Assembly (NCBI GenBank): GCA_030633305.1
Contig: DAOVTB010000002.1
Span: 107-64,106, forward strand
Source of the DNA: Candidatus Muiribacteriota bacterium
Lineage (GTDB): Bacteria > Muiribacteriota > DAOVTB01
DNA: 64,000 bases
Direction of reading: 5' to 3'
Made by a program: the position numbers and the translations under genes
Shown: piece by piece, positions 1 to 8,399 of the stretch
How the letters are laid out: the number at the start of each line of letters is the position of its first letter
Numbering within the stretch: the first letter of the stretch is position 1
Notes under the pieces: generated by a model
The model's input: the letters and a program-made list of their open reading frames with translations, nothing else
Told to the model about the DNA's origin: nothing
The model's database searches: none

Positions 1-1037
1 TCCAGTAAAAATCTGATGTTACACTATACTGTCCAGCACCAACACCAGCATATGGTTTAAACTTTGGATTGCTGTTTGGAAAAACGTAGCTGAGGTCAAG
101 TTCGATTGGAGTAATATCAAGATCTAGAAATGCATTGTTAGCCTGATAAGTTGTAAGAACACCTGCAGTTGCATCATAAAAAGGTTCAGGATTAGCATAA
201 ACATCAGTATCAGCAAGATCATCAATATCCTGTACCATTTCATTCAAACCAAGCTGAACGTTTCCGTCACTTGCAGCAGTTTTTGAATTGTTCATTGTCC
301 ATTTTCCACCACCAAGTTCAACTCTCCAGCGATTTTTGAATGTGTAACCAAGCTGTCCTTTGATATAAGTTGAGCTTTCTACAAGTGAATCAAAAGAATG
401 TCTTGTTGTTCCAACTGTTGTGTTATTCCAGTCATATCCATCTGGTTCATACCAATTAGCGATAACACCAAAATGCCATTTATCAAGAACGTTGTATCTG
501 TCATCTTTTAAAGGAGATCTTTTTCTAGCTGTTGTTGCTTCATCATTCCATGTATCGTCTTCATCTTCCCATTTGTCATCATCTTTAACAGCTTTATCAT
601 CTTCATCTTCCCATTTGTCGTCTTCGTCTTCCCATTTGTCTTCTTTTACAGCTGCTGTAGCTCTACCAAAAACTTTCTTTTCAAGAGCAGAAATACGATC
701 TTCATGTCCTGAAACTTTATTTTTGAGAATTGCGAGTTCATCAGCAAATTCTTTTGTGAGTGATTTGATTGCATTAAGTTCATCTCCACCCATGGAAGTT
801 CCGCCACCAGTTGTATCAAGAATACGTGCTGTTGCCATTGCAAACTGATATCTATTAAGAATCTGTTTACCTTTAAAAAGGTCTCCTGGGTATCCTTTAA
901 GTATTCCAGCATCAACAACTTTCTGTATTGCATCATATGCCCAATGACTTGTTGGAACGTCCTTAAAAAAATCTGCTGCAGTCAAGCTGCTAGCTACCAA
1001 TAACATGATTCCGATCAAAACTAATGTCTTTTTCATA
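1..1037 (-). CDS. SLH-domain outer-membrane protein (OmpM/Omp-alpha-like: SLH domain, coiled coil, acidic repeat, beta-barrel region). Partial: the C-terminus runs off the window start.
   Basis: Minus-strand ATG at 1035-1037 preceded by RBS GGAGAGG. The translation MKKTLVLIGIMLLVASSLTAADFFKDVPTSHWAYDAIQKVVDAGILKGYPGDLFKG has a signal peptide and a canonical SLH motif. It is followed by a coiled-coil segment, DKWEDEDD tandem repeats and a Gly/aromatic-rich beta-strand-like region. No stop occurs down to position 1. It is absent from the ORF track only because it is open-ended. Confidence 0.75.
541..660 (-). repeat. In-frame tandem nucleotide repeat (about 24 nt) encoding acidic DKWEDEDD units inside the SLH outer-membrane protein gene.
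   Basis: Plus strand shows repeated tcttcatcttcccatttgtc(a/g)tc units. The reverse translation is KDKWEDEDDKWEDEDDKAVKDDDKWEDEDDTWNDE. Confidence 0.7.
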
Positions 1038-1218
1038 ATTAAACCTCTCCTGTTTTTATGTTTTTTTGTTATTGAAATTTAATCATATTTCAAATGAAAA
1101 ATCAAATTTTTTGTCAAATTATTTTTTTATTTTTTTTGTTTTTTTCATGAATCCCTGTCATTCAAAGGTTTTAAAATTTTATGGAAATTAATATATTTAA
1201 AATATCTCTTTGAATATT

Positions 1219-2097
1219 CTAATTACCTAATTCCTGATCCAGAAAATCTCGAAGATATTCCCCGTAAGAACATTTGCTATATCCATTTGTCAATTCTGCA
1301 AGCTGGTCAATTGAAATATTGCCCATTTTATAGGAAATTTCTTCAAGACACGCAATTTTTAATCCCTGTCTTTTTTCAATTACTTCTACAAAATTTCCTG
1401 CTGACAAAAGAGAATCACAAGTACCTGTATCCAACCAGGCCATACCACGACCCATAGTTTCTACAAAAAGTTCATTCCTATCTAGATATACATTATTTAC
1501 ATCTGTAATTTCCAGTTCGCCTCTTCTGGATGGTTTCAAATTTTTAGCAATAGAAACAACATTATTGTCATAAAAATATAATCCTGTAACCGCATAATTT
1601 GATCTGGGTTTTTCAGGTTTTTCTACTATACTTATCGCTTTTCCTGTTGTGTCAAACTCTACAACTCCATATCTTTCAGGACTTTTTACATAATATGCAA
1701 ATACCGTAGCACCATTTTCTCTTTTAATAGCATTTTCAAGAATTCCCGAGAGTCCTTGACCATAAAATATATTGTCCCCCAGCACCAGAGCAACATTATC
1801 TGTACCTATAAATTTTTCACCAATAATAAATGCTTCAGCGATTCCATTCGGATCAGTCTGATGGATATACTGGATGCTCAGTCCCAGATTACTTCCATCT
1901 CCAAATATATCCTCAAATCTCGGCAGGTCTTTTGGAGTACTGATAATAAGAATTTCTCTGCACCCGGCCAGCATAAGAGCGGACATAGGATAGTAAATCA
2001 TTGGTTTATCATAAACGGGTAGAAGTTGCTTCGAAATAGCCTTTGTAATAGGATGCAGCCTTGTTCCGCCTCCGCCTGCAAGAATAATTCCTTTCAT
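1219..2097 (-). CDS. rfbA: glucose-1-phosphate thymidylyltransferase
   Basis: [37 protein letters not shown] is the hallmark RmlA N-terminus. Length 292 aa. Confidence 0.9.
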   Translation of the reverse strand: MKGIILAGGGGTRLHPITKAISKQLLPVYDKPMIYYPMSALMLAGCREILIISTPKDLPRFEDIFGDGSNLGLSIQYIHQTDPNGIAEAFIIGEKFIGTDNVALVLGDNIFYGQGLSGILENAIKRENGATVFAYYVKSPERYGVVEFDTTGKAISIVEKPEKPRSNYAVTGLYFYDNNVVSIAKNLKPSRRGELEITDVNNVYLDRNELFVETMGRGMAWLDTGTCDSLLSAGNFVEVIEKRQGLKIACLEEISYKMGNISIDQLAELTNGYSKCSYGEYLRDFLDQELGN

Positions 2098-2209
2098 GAT
2101 TCTTCCTCCCCATATAAACTTTTATGTAATTTTAAAGTTTATAAGAGTTGCTTGTCAACTCTTCAAATTTTGAAAAAATTAAAATATTTAATATGATAGT
2201 ATTTATATT

Positions 2210-2236
2210 GGACAGGCACAGGGGCCTGTCCCTACA
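2210..2236 (+). repeat. R4 hairpin (ggacaggcacaggggcctgtccctaca)
   Basis: Perfect GGACAGGC/GCCTGTCC stem plus the CCCTACA tail. Followed at 2251-2312 by a CCTTTGTG module and TTCATGATCTTCATAG. Confidence 0.6.
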
Positions 2237-2250
2237 CAATTATTTAACTT

Positions 2251-2312
2251 TCTTTGTGCCTTAGTGCCTTTGTGTGATCTATTCATTTTTTATTTTCATG
2301 ATCTTCATAGTA
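2251..2312. repeat. CCTTTGTG / TTCATG micro-repeat module upstream of the PBP gene
   Basis: Reads ctttgtgccttagtgcctttgtgtgatctattcattttttattttcatgatcttcatag. The first 33 nt are near-identical to 18071-18104. Confidence 0.55.
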
Positions 2313-2343
2313 TTTTTATTTCTTATCTGATAGAATATGAGCC

Positions 2344-4425
2344 ATGTTGTCCATTTTAACTAGGATTCTACATTTTATACTTCTCAAGCTCCCGATATTT
2401 TTCCTGAGACTTTTGTTGTTCTTTGGTGTAATTGGTGTAATTATCGGTGCCGGAGCAGGTCTGATTATTTACAGATATTACAGCGAAGGTCTTCCAAAAG
2501 TACAGGAAGTCATCTACAAGCCTGAACTTTCAAGCAAGATATATGATTCGAATGGGAAACTCCTGGCTTTACTACATGCCGAGGTTAAGCGGGATACAAT
2601 AGTTCCGCTTGAAGAAATAACTGAGTTTATGCCATATGCAGTTGTAGCAATTGAAGACAGTAATTTTTTTCATCATCATGGGATTTCCCCCAGAGGTGTG
2701 ATACGGGCTGCGTTAAAAAATTACGCCGCAGGAAGAAAAGTTGAGGGAGCAAGCACAATTACGATGCAACTTGCTAGAAATGCTTTTAAGGAAATTGGTT
2801 TTGAGAGAAAATGGAAAAGAAAAATAAAAGAAGCAATATTATCTGTAAAACTTGAAAGATATTACACAAAAGAAGAAATTATTGAAATGTATCTTAATCA
2901 AGTTTATTTTGGTCACGGAATGTATGGCATAGGTGCTGCAAGTGAACATTATTTTAATACAATTCCAGCTCAGCTTTCACTGGCTCAATGTGCAATACTA
3001 GCCGGTGTATTAAAGGGACCAGCCAGATATTCGCCTATTTCTAACCCAGAAAGATCTAGAAATCGACAGCTTTTAGTACTTAAAAGAATGAATACAGGCG
3101 GCTTTATTACGGATGAGGAATATGACAACGCTAAAAATGAAAAAATTATTGTCACTAAAAAAACAAAACTTGAAAATAAAGCTCCGTATTTCGTTGAATA
3201 TGTAAAACAAATCCTGTTGGATCGTTTCAGCTATGATGAGGTATTTTACGGAGGACTCCAGGTTCATACAAGCCTTGATCTGGAAATGCAGGTAAAAGCT
3301 GAAAAAGCTATTCGAGAAGCAAAATATTTTAAAAACAAACCACTTGACATGTTTCCAAAACTACAGGCCTCATTACTTTCAATATCCCCGTCAAATGGAT
3401 ACATAAAAGCAATGGTTGGAGGAAGGGATTTTAAAACATCAAAATTCAACAGAACAGTGCAAGCAAAGCGCCAGCCTGGTTCTGCTTTCAAACCATTTAT
3501 ATATGGAACTGCTATTAATTATGGGATCCCCCCAAACAGAATTATTAATGATTCTGAAGTTGAATTTATAAATAAATGGAGTAATAAATTATATAAACCA
3601 CAGAATTATGATAAAAAGTTTCACGGCCCTGCAACACTTATAGATGCACTTGCACATTCCTACAATGTTTCTGCAATTAAACTTTTGAATTATATTGGAA
3701 TAACAAGAGTGGTTAAGCTCGCATATAATCTTGGAATTAAATCTGATATGGGACTTAATCTTTCCCTGGCATTAGGCACTAGCGTCCTGACTCCCCTTGA
3801 ATTAACAAGGGCATATTGTTCCTTCTGCAGCCAGGGGGTCAGAATCAAACCCGTTTCTATCACTAAAATATATGATTCAAATAACAATCTATTATTTGAA
3901 AATTCTTTTGAATACAAGGAAGTCCTTGATCCAGCAGTTGCTTATGTACTTACCGATATGATGAAAAAAGTAGTTCAATATGGTTCCGGGTGGAGAGCCC
4001 GAATCAAAGGCTGGGATGTCGCAGGAAAAACAGGTACAACTAATGAATATCTTGATGCCTGGTTTATTGGTTTTGTTCCTGATCTTGTAACCTGTGTCTG
4101 GGTCGGTTATGACAATAATACTCCTCTGGGAAAAAAACAGTCCGGTGGACGTGTTGCTGCTCCCATATGGGGAGCTTATATGAAAAGTGTCGTCAAAGGC
4201 AAAAAGGGAAAAAAATTTCCGCTGCCGGCTAACGTAGTAATTACAAGCGTCTGCCAAACCTCAGGACTGAATGCCACGAATTACTGTAAGAAAAAATTTA
4301 TACAGGCATTTATTAAAGGTACAGAACCAACACTTAAATGTAACATACACAGTTCTTCAGATTTTTTTGAATCTGAAGACCCATTTGATGATGGAAGCAA
4401 TGATCCAGACTTTCAATTCGAATGA
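2344..4425 (+). CDS. mrcA: class A penicillin-binding protein (bifunctional transglycosylase/transpeptidase, PBP1A-like)
   Basis: N-terminal TM helix. GT51 motifs (EDSNFFHHHGISPRG, QLARNAF). Transpeptidase motifs (SAFKPF, SYN, KTGT). Length 693 aa. Confidence 0.85.
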   Translation: MLSILTRILHFILLKLPIFFLRLLLFFGVIGVIIGAGAGLIIYRYYSEGLPKVQEVIYKPELSSKIYDSNGKLLALLHAEVKRDTIVPLEEITEFMPYAVVAIEDSNFFHHHGISPRGVIRAALKNYAAGRKVEGASTITMQLARNAFKEIGFERKWKRKIKEAILSVKLERYYTKEEIIEMYLNQVYFGHGMYGIGAASEHYFNTIPAQLSLAQCAILAGVLKGPARYSPISNPERSRNRQLLVLKRMNTGGFITDEEYDNAKNEKIIVTKKTKLENKAPYFVEYVKQILLDRFSYDEVFYGGLQVHTSLDLEMQVKAEKAIREAKYFKNKPLDMFPKLQASLLSISPSNGYIKAMVGGRDFKTSKFNRTVQAKRQPGSAFKPFIYGTAINYGIPPNRIINDSEVEFINKWSNKLYKPQNYDKKFHGPATLIDALAHSYNVSAIKLLNYIGITRVVKLAYNLGIKSDMGLNLSLALGTSVLTPLELTRAYCSFCSQGVRIKPVSITKIYDSNNNLLFENSFEYKEVLDPAVAYVLTDMMKKVVQYGSGWRARIKGWDVAGKTGTTNEYLDAWFIGFVPDLVTCVWVGYDNNTPLGKKQSGGRVAAPIWGAYMKSVVKGKKGKKFPLPANVVITSVCQTSGLNATNYCKKKFIQAFIKGTEPTLKCNIHSSSDFFESEDPFDDGSNDPDFQFE

Positions 4426-4631
4426 TCTGAGAGTTTAATGAGCGAACTACTTCATCATCATAACCTGAACAGGGCTTGAAATAGATTACTATTCCTGTAC
4501 CCTGTTCAGAACATGCTTCTTCGTATTTCATCTCATTTAACTCCCAGATCGGGAAATTTAAAAATAGAAAATTAAGACACAGGTAAGAAAATAAAAAACT
4601 AAATTTTCACAATAAAATACCGAAATAACAA

Positions 4632-5117
4632 ATGATGAGTTATAATCGGTCGTTCTTATTGTTAATTATTTCAGTTTGCAGCCTTTGTCTATGTGGGTGT
4701 ATGAGTCAGAGTTTCTATGCCAATACTCCGGAAGGTTATCGAACTCTTGCAATAAAATATGCTGAAACTGGCGATGTTGATAAAGCTATCCAATTGCTGA
4801 ACAATACAATCGAAGCTTATGGAAGTGATGAAACCAATGCTATACTTATCACAACTGCATTAGGTGAAATTTATCGAGATTACAGCAAAGATTATACAAT
4901 GGCACTCAGGACATTTGAACGCGCTTATCTGGATTATCCCGGAACAACCGAAGCTCCAAATGCAATGTTTCAAGCAGCTAAAATCTCAGAAGACAGTTTC
5001 AGGGATTTTTCCAAGGCTAGACAGACTTATAAAAAGATCATGGATATCTATCCTACCGCTCCTATAAGAGATCAAGCATATCTTGAATATCATCGTCTAT
5101 TGCAGATGGGATATTAA
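4632..5117 (+). CDS. TPR-like lipoprotein (YbgF/BamD-like fold)
   Basis: Lipobox-like LCLCGCMSQ after a signal peptide. TPR-like helices follow. Length 161 aa. Confidence 0.55.
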   Translation: MMSYNRSFLLLIISVCSLCLCGCMSQSFYANTPEGYRTLAIKYAETGDVDKAIQLLNNTIEAYGSDETNAILITTALGEIYRDYSKDYTMALRTFERAYLDYPGTTEAPNAMFQAAKISEDSFRDFSKARQTYKKIMDIYPTAPIRDQAYLEYHRLLQMGY

Positions 5118-5157
5118 TACTTTGTTTTTTTAATCCGTTTTTGATAAAATATTTTAC

Positions 5158-7872
5158 ATGATTAATAGAAAAGTTAATAAACTTTTTGTAATATTATTTA
5201 TATGCTTGGTAATCACAGCTCTGCAATGTCAATTTTTGTATAGTCAAAACTCTCCTGAAAAAGAAAAAAACCCTAGTAACCTGTCCCCGGAAGTCTTGAA
5301 AGAAATAAGCCAGTATAAACTAGCCATTATTGCAAATCCAAAAAATGCTATTGCCAGAAATCTTCTTGGTTACGTCTATCATGAAAATAAAATGTATATG
5401 GAAGCATTGGATGAATACAGTCTTGCAGTTTTGGCAAAACCCAAAGCACCTCTCTATAGAAATAATCTTGGCAGTCTTTATTTGGAACTCGGAAACGCGA
5501 TAGCAGCTGTAAAGCAGCTTAAAATTGCAGTTAAACTTGCTCCTCTTGAGCCTACGTTATTAGTAAATTATGCAAAAGCCCTGATTGGAGTTGATAAATA
5601 TAAAGAAGCTATAAAGCATCTGAAAAGAGCGCGAGCCATCGATGATGAATACGCAGAAGTCAGGGTAGTCGCTAGAATACTTAAGAAAGCAAGAAAAGAA
5701 TTCAGGATAAGACGTAGAAAAGAAATCGCCGAAAGAGATGCAATGTTGGAAAAAATGAAGGAAGCACAAAAAAAATTAAAAGTAGCACAGGAATTAGAAC
5801 GGAAAAAGAAAGAAGAAGAAAATAAGCGTTTTGGCAATCTCTTAATAATATCAATCATTAGTTTTACAATTATCATACTCACAATTGCTATCATTTTCTA
5901 CTGGTGGAATCTTCCTGTAAAAAAAATAAAAAGAGCACATAAAAGAGATGATTTTGAAAGTATTATATATTATTTTGAAAACTCTCCCAAAAAAATTAGT
6001 GATATTGCAATAATCAGTTTGTATTATGACGCTATCAAAGAAACTACTTTCTGGAAAAAAAGACTTGATACTTTAAAAACACTTGTTAAACACAAACCCA
6101 GCGATATTAAATATTATCCTGATCTTTTTGAATCCCATCTTATGGCAAAATCGAGTGTAAAAGTTGTAACTTCAGAAATAACAAAATTTGAAAAAAACTT
6201 TTCTTCCCCTGTTGTTAGAAAAGATATATATAAATACCTTCTCACTCTAGCAACTAATATAAGCGGATATTTAAAAATTATTTCTGATATCAGCAAAAAA
6301 TATTTTAAATTGGAAAAAGAAGATTTCAGTCTTTATAAAAATATTTTTGCATACAATTTGAAACGGAATGATATTAAAGAAGCAGAAAAAATTCTGATTC
6401 ATCTTTCGAAAATTCCAAAAGCATTGAATATCTGTGTTGAACTTGAAGTATCTATGCTCAAAAAAAATGAGATTGCTTCTATAGGAGTAATTTCATGCAT
6501 GATACATGGCTTCAAACATGGAAAAATAACCGATCTAAAATCCATCACTTCCTATAAATCTTCATTACTTAAAGCTTTAAAAAATTATGCGATAATTGAA
6601 TTTCCATATGATATTAAAGGTGTTTTAACCGAGTATATAAAAATCCTGATATCAAATAAAATGATTTCTGATGCCGAGTCTATTTTTGAAGGTTTGAATG
6701 AAATCCCATTTGAAAATACGGAAGAGATCATCGAAATGGCGGCAATTGCATTTAGTATTGATAAAAAAGATATTGGACTGCAACTTTACAATCGTCTTTT
6801 TCTTAACAGACCTGAAATGGCTGGATTTTTAATTGAAAAGTTGAAAGAAATTATCGAACAAGACAGCGGCGCACCAAATATCATGGTTCATTTCCTGATC
6901 GCTAAATGTTATTATACAATTGGAAACATCAATCAAGCTATTCTGGAAGCTGAAATTGCTTACAATTATAATATTAAAGATACCGCTATTCTAAAATTCT
7001 TTATTCAAATATTGATTAAAGCTAACATTAAAGATAAACTACTGAGTACTTTTGGAGATCTGGCTGCAATTGAAGAAGACAATTACTATAAAAGTGTCCA
7101 TAGCGAAATCCTGCTGCTTTCAAAATACTACGAAAAAGCTACAGATATATACGACATTTTTATCCAGAATTCATACTATGATCAATTTTATTATCAGAAG
7201 TTGTTAAAAACAGCAGCAGAAAATCAGGATTGGAAACTGATTGAAAGCACTGTTAATAATTACAGTGAAAAAAATAAATCATTCCTGTTCTTCACTATTA
7301 AGATTCTTGAAAAAATTAAAAATACTGAAAATGATGCAATAATAGCTCCCCTTTTACAGAAAATCTATGCTCTAAAAAAAGATGTAATTGCCAATCAGGA
7401 GTTATTAAGTCTTGAAGATCAAGTAGAGAAAAATCTCAATAATCCTTCATTTATACAAAACCTGGTTACACTATATCTCAATGAAGGAACTATAGACAAA
7501 GCCAACGCAGTTATCATCAAAGCACTGAATGGACCACAATTCACAAAAGAGATTGTTTCACATTTCTTCAATCTTAATCTTATTCTTGGTAATACTACTT
7601 CAATCCTGATGTTCATTAAGAATTCACAAGCAAAATTAAATAATTTTGAAGAAATTGTAATTCAGGTTCTCAAATCTATAATCAATATCAATCCATTTCT
7701 CTTTGAAGCATATGGTATATTAAGCAAACTTTATCTCAAAAAAAATCATAAGAAAGAATGCATGGATTTACTTGAAAAACTTGTTTTATTAAATCCAAGA
7801 GATAACAACAGTTTGATGCTTTTGAGAAAACTCCAGATCGAAGACCTTCAAAATAAGGAGAACATAACATGA
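5158..7872 (+). CDS. large TPR-repeat membrane protein
   Basis: Signal/TM segment, N-terminal TPR units, a charged coiled coil (KKEEENKR), a second TM (LLIISIISFTIIILTIAIIFYWW), then about 650 aa of TPR-like helical repeats. The stop overlaps the next start (ATGA). Confidence 0.6.
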   Translation: MINRKVNKLFVILFICLVITALQCQFLYSQNSPEKEKNPSNLSPEVLKEISQYKLAIIANPKNAIARNLLGYVYHENKMYMEALDEYSLAVLAKPKAPLYRNNLGSLYLELGNAIAAVKQLKIAVKLAPLEPTLLVNYAKALIGVDKYKEAIKHLKRARAIDDEYAEVRVVARILKKARKEFRIRRRKEIAERDAMLEKMKEAQKKLKVAQELERKKKEEENKRFGNLLIISIISFTIIILTIAIIFYWWNLPVKKIKRAHKRDDFESIIYYFENSPKKISDIAIISLYYDAIKETTFWKKRLDTLKTLVKHKPSDIKYYPDLFESHLMAKSSVKVVTSEITKFEKNFSSPVVRKDIYKYLLTLATNISGYLKIISDISKKYFKLEKEDFSLYKNIFAYNLKRNDIKEAEKILIHLSKIPKALNICVELEVSMLKKNEIASIGVISCMIHGFKHGKITDLKSITSYKSSLLKALKNYAIIEFPYDIKGVLTEYIKILISNKMISDAESIFEGLNEIPFENTEEIIEMAAIAFSIDKKDIGLQLYNRLFLNRPEMAGFLIEKLKEIIEQDSGAPNIMVHFLIAKCYYTIGNINQAILEAEIAYNYNIKDTAILKFFIQILIKANIKDKLLSTFGDLAAIEEDNYYKSVHSEILLLSKYYEKATDIYDIFIQNSYYDQFYYQKLLKTAAENQDWKLIESTVNNYSEKNKSFLFFTIKILEKIKNTENDAIIAPLLQKIYALKKDVIANQELLSLEDQVEKNLNNPSFIQNLVTLYLNEGTIDKANAVIIKALNGPQFTKEIVSHFFNLNLILGNTTSILMFIKNSQAKLNNFEEIVIQVLKSIININPFLFEAYGILSKLYLKKNHKKECMDLLEKLVLLNPRDNNSLMLLRKLQIEDLQNKENIT

Positions 7873-8399
7873 AGAATACAATTTTATTTTTTATAATTGC
7901 CTTTTTGGCAATTAATCCTTTGAGTGCTGACCTATCAAATGTTTTTGTAGATCAAGGATTACTCAAATATAAAAGCGGTGATTTTTTAAACGCCAAGTTT
8001 CTCTTTAAAAAAGCTCTTAAAATGAATCCCGATAATGCAATAGCTTGGGAACATTACGATAACGCTATAATAAAGCTTGATGCACTTGTAAAAAGAACAA
8101 AAAATCTTGTTCTGGTTCCTAAATTTGATATCAAATATGATGAAATTAAAATGACTGATATAAGTAGATTCAAACAGAGATATATTAAAATTTCAGGCAG
8201 GATCAAAAATATGTCTGATCTTGGGTTCGAAAAAATAGTTGTTAAATTGATCCTTTTGAAAAATGAACGGCGTATAAAGACTCTTGATTACATAATAGAA
8301 AACCTTACGCCTGGAAGTCAGAGGACTTTCAGTTTTAATAAGCTAGTACCTGCATTCACATCTTATGAGATTAAACCTAAAGTGATGAAGGAAAGATAA
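7869..8399 (+). CDS. secreted hypothetical protein (176 aa) translationally coupled within the TPR/HEAT operon
   Basis: Signal peptide MKNTILFFIIAFLAINPLSA. The start overlaps the upstream stop. The stop abuts the next ATG (TAAATG). Confidence 0.5.
   Translation: MKNTILFFIIAFLAINPLSADLSNVFVDQGLLKYKSGDFLNAKFLFKKALKMNPDNAIAWEHYDNAIIKLDALVKRTKNLVLVPKFDIKYDEIKMTDISRFKQRYIKISGRIKNMSDLGFEKIVVKLILLKNERRIKTLDYIIENLTPGSQRTFSFNKLVPAFTSYEIKPKVMKER

Noticed and set aside
420-848. 142-aa plus-strand ORF (Ser/Leu-rich, SSSSSHLSS repeats), and the 646-936 minus ORF in another frame
   Set aside because: Lies antisense/out-of-frame within the well-supported SLH-domain OMP gene. Its repetitiveness is the mirror image of the acidic DKWEDEDD repeat. 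Spurious.
4334-4531. 65-aa minus-strand ORF overlapping the PBP 3' end
   Set aside because: 90-nt overlap with the strongly supported PBP gene. No RBS. The region is better explained by a 10-bp-stem hairpin (ctgaacaggg...ccctgttcag, 4468-4512) acting as the PBP terminator.
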